Virus record (IMG/VR): IMGVR_UViG_3300016659_000217
Origin: an uncultured virus (IMG/VR IMGVR_UViG_3300016659_000217)
Taxonomy: Duplodnaviria; Heunggongvirae; Uroviricota; Caudoviricetes
Reading direction: 5' to 3' (one strand)
Length of the DNA stretch: 64,000 bases
Each line of letters opens with the position of its first letter. The first letter of the stretch is position 1. Shown here in pieces: positions 38,226 through 46,653 of the stretch. The position numbers were made by a program, and so were the translations under genes. Under the pieces are notes generated by a model. It ran no database searches. It had not been told where the DNA came from and saw nothing but the letters and a program-made list of their open reading frames with translations.

Positions 38226-38730
38226 GGTTTTGAAAGCTAAAGTCCTAGACCCTTGTTGCGGTTCCCGCATGATGTACTTTGACCGTCAAAACTCCAATGT
38301 TGTTTTTGGCGATATACGTGCCGAGTCTCATATTCTATGTGATGGTAGAACACTAGAAGTATCACCAGATATAAAAATGGATTTCCGTGAAATGCCTTTT
38401 ACTGATGGCCAATTTAATCTAGTTGTATTTGACCCACCACATTTAATTAAGGCAGGTTCATTAAGTTGGTTGGCTTTGAAGTATGGAAAACTCCATGAAA
38501 ATTGGCGTGACGACTTAAGAAAAGGTTTTGAGGAATGCTTTCGTGTATTAGCGACTGGTGGAGTTCTTATTTTTAAGTGGAATGAAACACAAATTAAAGT
38601 AGGTGAGATTTTAAAACTAACCGATCAAAAGCCAATATTTGGTCATATCAGTGGTAAACGTGCAAATACACACTGGTTTACTTTCATGAAGCTGGAAAAC
38701 TTAAAGGAGGAAACTCCAAATGGCCGCTAA
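38215..38730 (+). CDS. SAM-dependent methyltransferase (amino-MTase-like)
   Basis: VLDPCCGSRM motif I; FDPPH catalytic motif. Confidence 0.8.
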   Translation: MEGKVLKAKVLDPCCGSRMMYFDRQNSNVVFGDIRAESHILCDGRTLEVSPDIKMDFREMPFTDGQFNLVVFDPPHLIKAGSLSWLALKYGKLHENWRDDLRKGFEECFRVLATGGVLIFKWNETQIKVGEILKLTDQKPIFGHISGKRANTHWFTFMKLENLKEETPNGR

Positions 38731-38986
38731 TATCCAACGCCTCAAGCTTAGCGTATTTGCTGAACGCTATTGGCAAGACGAAGAATCCCGCCCATGCCGC
38801 GACACACTGGTCAGCCATATCAAACGTGGTTGGCTCAGTGGTAAAAAAATTGGTAAACAATGGTATGTCGAATGTACCAGTTGGGGTGCGCCGTTGTTCT
38901 ATACAGATGAAGTGCCTAAGGTGGAACTAAAGTCTCCACCTAAAACGGGTAACTCCATTGCAGACCGAATTTTAGCGGAGATTTAA
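38720..38986 (+). CDS. Excisionase-like protein
   Basis: Small winged-helix-like ORF (GKKIGKQWYV) directly upstream of the integrase. Confidence 0.7.
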   Translation: MAANIQRLKLSVFAERYWQDEESRPCRDTLVSHIKRGWLSGKKIGKQWYVECTSWGAPLFYTDEVPKVELKSPPKTGNSIADRILAEI

Positions 38987-38987
38987 T

Positions 38988-40130
38988 ATGGCTCCTCGAG
39001 GTCGCAAGTCGGGGAACTTGGACTTACCTCCCCATGTCGAAGTCGACAAAAAGCCCAATGGCACCATGTACTTCCGCTACCTCCTACCAAACGGACAACG
39101 TAAGTCACTGGGTAAAGACCGTAACGAAGCCATTAAGGCAGCTCAGGCACTTAACACCGTGCTTGAGCGTAACCCAGACATTGTGTCTAAAATTCTATCT
39201 TCAGTAGAAAAAGCACATAAGCAAAGTCATATTCCAAACTTTGGCCAAGCATTGGATGAATATGAAAAGCTGCACTTACCCAAGAAGAAACTTGCTAAAA
39301 ACACCTTGGTGAATGTCACGGCGAACATTGGTAAATATCAGGATATGTGGGGGCAGTTCTATTGCACTGACATTACCCTACTCATGATTTCTGAATACCT
39401 GAAACAGCAGACCGACTTTCAGGCAGAAAAGCACCGTTCACAGCTTATCGACATTTGGAAATACTTTGTGGCCAACGGCTGGGCACCTGAAAATATTGCA
39501 GAGAAAACCTTAAAGCCGATACGACCAGAAAAAGTCAGAACGCGACATTCCAACGAATCTCTGGAAATTGTAAAAGCTGTTTGTCCGCCTTGGTTAAAAC
39601 TGGCGATTGATCTGGCATTGCATTCTATTCAACGGCGTGCCGATCTGGTGGTGATGGAGCGTTCAAGCATTAACATCAAAGACAACACCATGACCGTACT
39701 GCAGCATAAGTCGCTGAATTACGACAAGCCTGTGTTTATTGAAGTGGATATGCATCCTGAGCTACGGGAAGTCGTATTGCAGTGTATAGAGCATTCTATG
39801 CGACTACGTTGCCCTTACCTGATTGCAACGCGACCAGACCGTATTAACGAGCAAATCCGTAATGCGAAACTGCATCCTTTTGCTGTAACGGAGGATCACA
39901 TTACTAAGCAGTTTAAAAAGTATCGGGACCTGTCTGGTGCGTATGATCATTTAGAACTAAACCAAAGACCATCGCTGCATGACTTACGTGCCTTAGGTAT
40001 TTATAACATCACGCAGAAGTATGGAAAGAAGTACGCGCAGGCACTGGCTGGCCATGCGACTGTGAAGATGACAGATCACTATTTAGAGGGTCACGAAGCA
40101 CCTAAACCAGAGCGGATTAGCTATCGTTAG
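38988..40130 (+). CDS. int: Tyrosine integrase with N-terminal arm-binding domain
   Basis: QRRADL (R), LHDLR (HxxR), LAGH, DHYL (Y). Confidence 0.92.
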   Translation: MAPRGRKSGNLDLPPHVEVDKKPNGTMYFRYLLPNGQRKSLGKDRNEAIKAAQALNTVLERNPDIVSKILSSVEKAHKQSHIPNFGQALDEYEKLHLPKKKLAKNTLVNVTANIGKYQDMWGQFYCTDITLLMISEYLKQQTDFQAEKHRSQLIDIWKYFVANGWAPENIAEKTLKPIRPEKVRTRHSNESLEIVKAVCPPWLKLAIDLALHSIQRRADLVVMERSSINIKDNTMTVLQHKSLNYDKPVFIEVDMHPELREVVLQCIEHSMRLRCPYLIATRPDRINEQIRNAKLHPFAVTEDHITKQFKKYRDLSGAYDHLELNQRPSLHDLRALGIYNITQKYGKKYAQALAGHATVKMTDHYLEGHEAPKPERISYR

Positions 40131-40178
40131 GCATACCAATTAAGCTGATGCTTTCATTACATGGATCATCAGCTTTTG

Positions 40179-40206
40179 ATTTCATATAATCGCCAGTATG
40201 TTAAAT
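40179..40206 (+). other. pdif-like site XerC/XerD
   Basis: ATTTCATATAA-TCGCCA-GTATGTTAAAT; 20 of 22 arm matches. Confidence 0.85.
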
Positions 40207-40222
40207 AGGCTCAAAAATCTTC

Positions 40223-40651
40223 TTAAATACCAATAACTGTAATTCCATCTTTTTGATTTTCATTATCTTTTAAAAAATTAATTATTTCACTGATCATATT
40301 TAAGACTTTAGGTTTAAAAATTAAAAAATTTTCCTCAAAAAACTTTGTTTCCTCTCTGAAGATAAGTTTCAATTTTTTGTCAGATTTATTACTTTTAGCT
40401 ATAAAACTATGAAAATAGTATAAATCTTTAACAATATCTCCAATGATTTCAGAACCAATATAGGTATTTCCCCAATGAAAATATTCCACCTTATTCCTAT
40501 TAAAAAAGTGTTCAACCAACGAAAATGCAACTTCATTAATTACTATCGAATTTAGACAACTTCCATTTTTATTTAGATCACTAGGAATAATTTGAATATT
40601 TAAAGATCCAATTAAACCTGAAACGGATTTAACATTGAAATCAATTTCCAT
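40223..40651 (-). CDS. Hypothetical protein, single-gene dif-module cargo
   Basis: AT-rich 142-aa ORF between inverted dif-like sites. Confidence 0.6.
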   Translation of the reverse strand: MEIDFNVKSVSGLIGSLNIQIIPSDLNKNGSCLNSIVINEVAFSLVEHFFNRNKVEYFHWGNTYIGSEIIGDIVKDLYYFHSFIAKSNKSDKKLKLIFREETKFFEENFLIFKPKVLNMISEIINFLKDNENQKDGITVIGI

Positions 40652-40675
40652 ATTAATTACCTTTTATATTTTTAA

Positions 40676-40703
40676 AATTAACATAATACACCTTATAATA
40701 AGT
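40676..40703 (-). other. pdif-like site XerD/XerC
   Basis: AATTAACATAA-TACACC-TTATAATAAGT. Confidence 0.75.
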
Positions 40704-40749
40704 CAAAAATTATAGATGTAAGTAACTATTTTTACTATATTTTTTTAAA

Positions 40750-40776
40750 ATTTCGTATAACGCCATTATGCTAAAT
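40750..40776 (+). other. pdif-like site XerC/XerD with 5-bp spacer
   Basis: ATTTCGTATAA-CGCCA-TTATGCTAAAT; the neighbouring gene's stop codon lies in the XerD arm. Confidence 0.8.
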
Positions 40777-41260
40777 GGGGCTTCAAAAGCCACTCATGGA
40801 TGACATTAGTTTGATGTTGTATTGCATCAATTAAATGAGGTGAATTTTCGATTGTCCATGTTTCATCGCACCAGTCACAAGCATCATAGAGGCCACCTAT
40901 CCATTCTGGATAGTAAGCTAAGTTATTTTTAAGTCCTCTTGGAGCATCAAGGAACCCACACTCTAAATTACTAAAAATTCTACATAGTTTAAGAGGGCTT
41001 AAATTACCATTCTTATAGTCAGCTAAAACACCTAGAAAGAATGTCGCTGCCAATATTTCAGCTTCTAAACAATTGGATGAAAATTCAGAATCTTTGGTCT
41101 GTATTACATTTAGTAATAGCGATTCATAATTAGGATATAACTCTAGTAACTCAATTGGAATGTTTTCATTTTTCTCAACATATTCAATTAATTTTTTTAT
41201 CCTTTCCGAGTAAGAATATTCTCCATAATAAAGCTCTACGTATAATTTTTTTAATGTCAT
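40766..41260 (-). CDS. Hypothetical acidic protein, single-gene dif-module cargo
   Basis: 164 aa; GLYDACDWCDE motif; bracketed by dif-like sites. Confidence 0.6.
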   Translation of the reverse strand: MTLKKLYVELYYGEYSYSERIKKLIEYVEKNENIPIELLELYPNYESLLLNVIQTKDSEFSSNCLEAEILAATFFLGVLADYKNGNLSPLKLCRIFSNLECGFLDAPRGLKNNLAYYPEWIGGLYDACDWCDETWTIENSPHLIDAIQHQTNVIHEWLLKPHLA

Positions 41261-41293
41261 TGATTAATCCAGATGATTCATTATTTTCTCTAA

Positions 41294-41321
41294 AACTAAC
41301 ACAATACACCTTAAATGTTAC
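41294..41321 (-). other. Degenerate pdif-like site XerD/XerC
   Basis: AACTAACACAA-TACACC-TTAAATGTTAC; same spacer as the 40676 site. Confidence 0.55.
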
Positions 41322-41470
41322 ACGGCTTTGTTTAGTCTCATTTAACCCGAAAACAGAAAAAATGTCCCGATGAAATAAGAATAGCTGTCCAAGTAGTTAT
41401 TGATTTAGCTACCGTTAGTCATCGTTTGTAAGTTTAAATGGGCGAGTTTTCCACATTGGGGAATTACGCC

Positions 41471-41503
41471 ATTCCCCGAAAATACCCCGAATATTCCCCG
41501 AAA
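41471..41503 (+). repeat. Three tandem 11-bp repeats ATWCCCCGAAW; probable integrase arm-type sites of prophage 1
   Basis: ATTCCCCGAAA-ATACCCCGAAT-ATTCCCCGAAA, ~55 bp from the att core. Confidence 0.65.
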
Positions 41504-41507
41504 ACAA

Positions 41508-41532
41508 AAAGCCCACTTTTGAAGTGGGCTTT
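41508..41532 (-). terminator. Phage-supplied terminator downstream of the tRNA 3' end
   Basis: AAAGCCCACTT-TTG-AAGTGGGCTTT with adjacent A-run. Confidence 0.7.
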
Positions 41533-41557
41533 AATGTGTTGAAATATCAACGAATTT

Positions 41558-41602
41558 TGGTAGGTATATCCAGACTCGAACTGGAGACCTCTACGATGTC
41601 AA
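41558..41602 (-). pseudogene. 3' half of tRNA-Val(GAC); att junction between prophages 1 and 2
   Basis: Reverse complement TTGACATCGTAGAGGTCTCCAGTTCGAGTCTGGATATACCTACCA; no 5' half or D-arm upstream. Confidence 0.9.
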
Positions 41603-41632
41603 GGGGGTAAACATTTATTATATATCAAATAC

Positions 41633-41704
41633 TTATACACAATTGACACAATGTTTGACACACTAAATTTTTCTCTTTGATTTTACTATATTTTCTGACA
41701 CAAC
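41633..41704 (+). repeat. TGACACA repeats; probable arm-type sites of the prophage 2 integrase
   Basis: TTGACACA 41643 and 41655, CTGACACA ~41695, ATACACA ~41634. Confidence 0.55.
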
Positions 41705-41758
41705 CATCTTAAAGCTATACGTCTGCTACGTACAGGTCTATTAAGTTATTTGCCCATT

Positions 41759-42181
41759 TTATTCAGCATGCCACCATCTCAGAAACACACCATTTTCATC
41801 ATAAATTTTATGAGCTAGAGAGTAAGGGCAAAATAACAAGAAATACCAACCCAAGAAGCCGTTTTCATCATCCATTTTGTCCATCTCTACTTTTCCTACC
41901 CACACTTTTTTTAGTAAGGAAAGTTGTTCACTAGGTGTGCCACTCAAATGCTGACCGTCTTTTGATTGATCTTCATGATTTAGATTATAAAACAAACATT
42001 GATCTCCACTTTCCAAAAGGACTTCTAATGCTTTAAAGAAAGCAGTATCTGATTCATATTCCATTTCTAAGTCAGGATAAAAAGCTTGTACTTCTGCATC
42101 ACAAGAAAACCATAGATCTCGTAATCCCATGTTCTCATGCCATTCCTGAAATACTTTTAATGTTGCATATATTTGATTCAT
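41759..42181 (-). CDS. DUF596-like orphan immunity protein
   Basis: FFKALEVLLESG...LSGTPSEQLSLLKKVW...CP pattern. Confidence 0.55.
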   Translation of the reverse strand: MNQIYATLKVFQEWHENMGLRDLWFSCDAEVQAFYPDLEMEYESDTAFFKALEVLLESGDQCLFYNLNHEDQSKDGQHLSGTPSEQLSLLKKVWVGKVEMDKMDDENGFLGWYFLLFCPYSLAHKIYDENGVFLRWWHAE

Positions 42182-42250
42182 TTTGATTTTTATATATCTT
42201 TAACTTCAGAGTTATTTAATAATTATAGTATCGACAATGGAGTTGAATAC

Positions 42251-42649
42251 TCATAGTTCGAATACTACTGTTTCTTTATTTACACCCTGTAAATAATCAA
42301 TCCATTTAGAAATAATTTTCTCAAATAAATCTAGATCAATTTGATCCTCATAGGAATCACAAAATGCACGTTTGCATTTAATAGAGTGATTTTCAATAAT
42401 TGCTTTAACCCCATTGCAAAGAGTAAGCTCAAATCTATCGACTAACTTCACTGATTTATAGAACCTTATTAAATCTAAGTACCTATAAGCATCCGCTGGA
42501 GTGCTTATTAATATTATAAAGTAAGCAGCTTCAGTCCAATATTTGACTTCACTATTTTCTAGAGTTTTTGACAATATGACAGCATGAAAATCAATAATTT
42601 CAAAACCTTCATCTTCTTGCGACTGATTTATAAAAAACTTAACTTTCAT
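42251..42649 (-). CDS. Hypothetical protein, CdiI/immunity-like
   Basis: Small acidic protein; C-terminal IDLDLFEKIISKWIDYL. Confidence 0.45.
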   Translation of the reverse strand: MKVKFFINQSQEDEGFEIIDFHAVILSKTLENSEVKYWTEAAYFIILISTPADAYRYLDLIRFYKSVKLVDRFELTLCNGVKAIIENHSIKCKRAFCDSYEDQIDLDLFEKIISKWIDYLQGVNKETVVFEL

Positions 42650-42734
42650 TCACTAATCAACTTAAAAAATTCTTAGATTACATCAACTATCTAATTTTTA
42701 TTGAATAATTTTAATAAATATATTCCACATAGTT

Positions 42735-42780
42735 AACCATAAGATAAAAGCCCTCAAAAGAGGGCTTTTATCTTATGGTT
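42735..42780. terminator. Perfect 21-bp-stem hairpin
   Basis: AACCATAAGATAAAAGCCCTC-AAAA-GAGGGCTTTTATCTTATGGTT. Confidence 0.75.
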
Positions 42781-42790
42781 TTAAAATTTC

Positions 42791-43204
42791 TTAGTTCTCT
42801 ACACCAACATTCAGCTTATAGTTCACAACTTTATTTTGACGTGCAGTATTACGCATTTGATAAATTTGAATTAAATAATTACCAGTTTCAGGAAGTACAA
42901 TTTCCCCTGTTGTGCCCTCAGTAGCTCCTATTACTAATGCCTCAGCAGTACCGGGTCTATCACCAGGCGCATAGATATTAATTTGAGCTAAGTTTCTGTT
43001 ACTTGTTAATTTATAAGTTAAGGTCTGACCTGCTTGTGCGCGTAAGCTGTACTGAGCATCATTTGACCCTTTAAAAGTGCCTGAAATTGTTGTACCCACT
43101 GAACCTTTAGCGAATTGAATAGGCTTCACAGGGGCTGCATATGTAGCCGCCGCAGTTAATGACATAGTTATAACCATTGAGCACGCTAGAATAATTTTTT
43201 TCAT
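42791..43204 (-). CDS. PliG-like periplasmic g-type lysozyme inhibitor
   Basis: Signal peptide; IQFAKG...AQAGQ...LPETGNYLIQIYQMRNTARQNKVVNY resembles PliG LPASGKYELRVLQTRNDARKNKTKKY. Confidence 0.65.
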   Translation of the reverse strand: MKKIILACSMVITMSLTAAATYAAPVKPIQFAKGSVGTTISGTFKGSNDAQYSLRAQAGQTLTYKLTSNRNLAQINIYAPGDRPGTAEALVIGATEGTTGEIVLPETGNYLIQIYQMRNTARQNKVVNYKLNVGVEN

Positions 43205-43368
43205 ATCAAATAAACCTTTAAGATAAATGTGAATTCTTCTGAATTGACCCGATTTAATGCTAGACCTCCTTATTGGTCTAATCTATCGCTTTTCTGTATT
43301 TTTTCTTTTTTCGTAAATTTAATATATTTTATTTTTATAAAAAGATGAATTAAAGATAGGTCTGATAT

Positions 43369-44019
43369 ATGTGCGCAAACTTTGAAGCGATCAGAAAGAA
43401 TCGTGCATTCCTTCTAGATCTCCCTGAGCCTGACCAATTGGAGTTCCCAGAAGACATATTTCCTAACTATCCCTCCCCTTTGATCTTTTCCAATGACGGC
43501 AAGATTGAATGGAGATCGGTTAATTTTGGTATGATTCCCAAATGGGCAAAGGAAAAGAGTTTCGGTAAATACACATACAATGCCCGGACTGAAACGGTCG
43601 CTGAGAAACCAAGTTTTAGAGAGGCTTGGCATAAGTCTCAATTTGGTTTAATCCCTGTCGAAACCATCTTTGAACCTAAATACATAGATGGAAAATCGCA
43701 CTGGTATGGGATTGCACGTGAGGATGGTATGCCTTTTACCGTGGCAGCCATATACGAGAATGCAGTAATCGATGGAGAGCAAATCCGATCGATGAGTATG
43801 CTCACCATCAATGCTGACCAACACCCCTTCATGAAGCAATTCCATAAGCCTAATGATGAGAAGCGCTCGATCATCGTAATCCCTGACGAATATCGCGAAG
43901 AATGGCTGAATTGCAACTTTAAAGAGGCTCATGAGTTCTTCTTTGAAATGCAAGATGAGTTCATCACCTTCCCTAAATCCCGCTTATCCGAAAATGGTAC
44001 TCAACCTAATTTAATTTGA
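43369..44019 (+). CDS. SOS response-associated peptidase (SRAP/YedK/HMCES)
   Basis: N-terminal MC, YNARTETVAEKPSFR, FH..EKR. Confidence 0.9.
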   Translation: MCANFEAIRKNRAFLLDLPEPDQLEFPEDIFPNYPSPLIFSNDGKIEWRSVNFGMIPKWAKEKSFGKYTYNARTETVAEKPSFREAWHKSQFGLIPVETIFEPKYIDGKSHWYGIAREDGMPFTVAAIYENAVIDGEQIRSMSMLTINADQHPFMKQFHKPNDEKRSIIVIPDEYREEWLNCNFKEAHEFFFEMQDEFITFPKSRLSENGTQPNLI

Positions 44020-44126
44020 AGGCCCATTGATTATCCACAGCTTTTAAATTTGAAATTTAATTTGCCACCGACTATCCTAAAAAAAGAGTTCAGTTCCAAA
44101 CACGCCTCGTAGCGTAGGAGTCAAAC

Positions 44127-44762
44127 ATGTCAAAGAAACTACCGATCTATTTCTCGGATGACGTCTGGTCATTCCTTCAAACACTTATGGGCCCAGATGG
44201 TGCCCCAAGTCCGACAGTCAATGCTGTATTTGAAAAAATACAAAAAGAGCATGAGCTGGGTTCTAAGTTTGATCTTAAAGAAATTTCAATCAAAACGCGT
44301 CTCGAAATTCCTTCTGCATTGGAACGGTTTTCTGCTGGTCCTGCTTTTGGTACCAAAGACCATATCGATAAGTCGATCGACTTAAATGACTTCCTCATCT
44401 TCAATCCAATATCCACGTTCATGGGACGGGTTGATAGTGAGTCTATGCTTTACGCTGGCTTTGAAATTGATGACCCGTTCTTGGTCGATAAGAGCATTAC
44501 AGCACAGCATAGAGATATCGTTTTAGCCCTCATCGATGAGCGTGAAATAACACTTAAGCGGTTAATGATGACCGCTAAGATGTCAAAACAAGAAATCAAA
44601 GAAATGTTTGGGGATGAAGACTATGAACTTCCCCCTATTTGGCTAAGAGCTGAAAACCCAGCTTACGAGCATATTATTCCTAAAGACAGCCAGTCTATCT
44701 CTATCCAAGGGGTTGTTACCTTCAACCTAAAACAATTTTATAGACGCTCTACCAGCAAATAA
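44127..44762 (+). CDS. umuD: UmuD-like S24 peptidase with N-terminal extension
   Basis: SAG cleavage site, SESM Ser, TLKRL Lys; upstream of umuC. Confidence 0.8.
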   Translation: MSKKLPIYFSDDVWSFLQTLMGPDGAPSPTVNAVFEKIQKEHELGSKFDLKEISIKTRLEIPSALERFSAGPAFGTKDHIDKSIDLNDFLIFNPISTFMGRVDSESMLYAGFEIDDPFLVDKSITAQHRDIVLALIDEREITLKRLMMTAKMSKQEIKEMFGDEDYELPPIWLRAENPAYEHIIPKDSQSISIQGVVTFNLKQFYRRSTSK

Positions 44763-44774
44763 GAAGTATAAAAA

Positions 44775-46070
44775 ATGAAAGCTGAAAATCGTATATTCGC
44801 GTTAGTCGACGTGAATAACTGCTACGTCAGTTGTGAGCGTATTTTTAATCCGTCCCTCAATAATCGTCCAGTCATTGTTCTCTCGAGTAATGATGGTTGT
44901 GCCGTTGCACGCTCCCAAGAAGCCAAAGACATTGGTATTAAAATGGGTGTGCCGGTATTCCAAATTCAAGACATCATCAAGAAGCATGACGTGCAGGTGT
45001 TCTCAAGCAACTTTGCCTTATATGGGGCCATGTCACGTCGTTTTATGACTTTACTGGGGATGTATGTTGCACCAGGAGAGCAAGAGATTTATTCAGTCGA
45101 TGAATGCTTCTTGGATCTCACCAGTTATGAGCATTTATTTGATTTAACCGACTATGCCCAAGACATTCGTAAGACTGCTTGGCAGTGGCTCACTTTACCC
45201 TGCTGTGTGGGTATTGGCCGCTCAAAGACCGAAGCAAAAATTGCCAATCATTTAGCTAAGAAGAACAAGTTTTTTAATGGGGTATGCAATCTGGTTGATA
45301 TGGACCCATGTTCTACTGAAGCTATGCTTGCACAAATCGATGTTGGTGAGGTTTGGGGTGTTGGTCGTCAGAATTCTAAAAAGCTCAATGTGATGAATAT
45401 CCGTACCGTTTTGGATTTGGTTCAGGCGCATCCTGCGGAAATTAAAAAGCAGTTCAGTATTGTCATGGAAAAGACGGTACGTGAACTAAATGGGATCTCA
45501 TGCATCGATCTAGAGAGTGATGCCCCAGCTAAAAAGCAAATTATCAGTAGTCAATCTTATGGCCAACCGATTTACGACATTGAAAACATCAAATCCTCAG
45601 TGCGCTTATATATTCAAAGAGCCGTCTCAAGGCTTCGTGATGATATGTCTTTATGCAAGATGATTGGGGTTTTTATTCAGACTGGTCGCTTTGATAAGGC
45701 TGAGAAATACACACCTTACGTCATTATGCAGTTGCCGGAGCATACCGATGATGTTTTAGAGATTACCCGTATAGCGATGCAGGCCATTGATGACATCTTT
45801 AAACCCGGCTTTAAGTATAAAAAGGCAGGCATCATCCTGATGGAGATTATACCCAAAACTAAATTCTCCCCTGACCTATTTACCGATTATTCGCTACAGA
45901 TTAAGCGAGCCAAGCTCTCCGACGCCTTAGATCACATCACTCACAAGTATGGCAAGAACACTTTGTCATTGGGCTTGTGCGGACGCAAAGATGAGCACTG
46001 GCAAATGAATCAAGAACGCAAATCCCCGAACTATTTAACAGAATGGAATGAACTCTTTAGAGTGAGATAA
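44775..46070 (+). CDS. umuC: Y-family DNA polymerase V catalytic subunit
   Basis: LVDVNNCYVSCE, SSNDGC, YSVDECF, C-terminal SPNYLT. Confidence 0.93.
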   Translation: MKAENRIFALVDVNNCYVSCERIFNPSLNNRPVIVLSSNDGCAVARSQEAKDIGIKMGVPVFQIQDIIKKHDVQVFSSNFALYGAMSRRFMTLLGMYVAPGEQEIYSVDECFLDLTSYEHLFDLTDYAQDIRKTAWQWLTLPCCVGIGRSKTEAKIANHLAKKNKFFNGVCNLVDMDPCSTEAMLAQIDVGEVWGVGRQNSKKLNVMNIRTVLDLVQAHPAEIKKQFSIVMEKTVRELNGISCIDLESDAPAKKQIISSQSYGQPIYDIENIKSSVRLYIQRAVSRLRDDMSLCKMIGVFIQTGRFDKAEKYTPYVIMQLPEHTDDVLEITRIAMQAIDDIFKPGFKYKKAGIILMEIIPKTKFSPDLFTDYSLQIKRAKLSDALDHITHKYGKNTLSLGLCGRKDEHWQMNQERKSPNYLTEWNELFRVR

Positions 46071-46074
46071 GACT

Positions 46075-46293
46075 ATGCATATTTATAAACTTTCAAATGA
46101 ACAATTGGCACAGATTCTAATCCCTAAGCGTTTTGTGCCACCGACACCTGATGAATTTAAAGACAAGAATATGGTCTACGTCTTTGACAGTGATGATAAG
46201 TTTGAGCTGACTTATGATGAACTGGTGGAAATTATTGGCAAAGCTAGACAGGCTGGACCGAGAATGATTCCAGTATTGGGAACGGTAAATTAA
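46075..46293 (+). CDS. Hypothetical protein
   Basis: 72 aa, 4 nt downstream of umuC. Confidence 0.55.
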   Translation: MHIYKLSNEQLAQILIPKRFVPPTPDEFKDKNMVYVFDSDDKFELTYDELVEIIGKARQAGPRMIPVLGTVN

Positions 46294-46348
46294 ATCCATC
46301 AGCTTAATGCAGTTTTAGAGAAATTGAATAATTAACAAAGGTCAAAAA

Positions 46349-46567
46349 ATGAGAGATGAATTAAAAGAGATTTTTATTCGCAGGTGTAACGAAAAAATTG
46401 AGAAGAAGGGAGATAACGTAGGACTGTCCTTTTATGCTTTCTTCAAGAATAAAAATGATAACCCAGAACTATTGATGGAGGCTGCTCAATGGTGGATCTT
46501 GGAGCACAAGCTAGATCACTTCGAGAAAGCAGTTAAGGTTAGGCAACTTGTTTTAAGTGAAAATTAA
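46349..46567 (+). CDS. Conserved small protein (DUF6500-like)
   Basis: KKGDNVGLSFYAFF.NKNDNPELLMEAA.WWI..HKLDHFEKA. Confidence 0.6.
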   Translation: MRDELKEIFIRRCNEKIEKKGDNVGLSFYAFFKNKNDNPELLMEAAQWWILEHKLDHFEKAVKVRQLVLSEN

Positions 46568-46653
46568 ATTATTGATACTAAATGAATATATTAACTAAAT
46601 CATATAACATTTATTAATGTTAATTTTAAATAAGCTATATGCAGTGAGGAATA

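Larger units (their letters stand above)
1003..41602. mobile_element. Prophage 1, ~40.6 kb HK97-like siphovirus integrated at tRNA-Val(GAC)
   Basis: Flanking direct repeats of the tRNA 3' half; tyrosine integrase near the right att; full head, tail, lysis, immunity and replication modules. Confidence 0.85.

Noticed and set aside
41558..41602. Intact tRNA-Val gene
   Set aside because: Only anticodon loop to CCA is present; the upstream sequence cannot form the D-arm or 5' acceptor strand.
42735..42780. MITE or IS end suggested by the 21-bp perfect inverted repeat
   Set aside because: The 4-nt loop, core shared with the other AAAGCCCTC terminators and position just after a stop codon indicate a terminator.
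46597..46625. Possible C/D dif site upstream of the TIR-like gene
   Set aside because: Needs a 7-bp spacer or an indel and has no convincing partner site; too weak to call.
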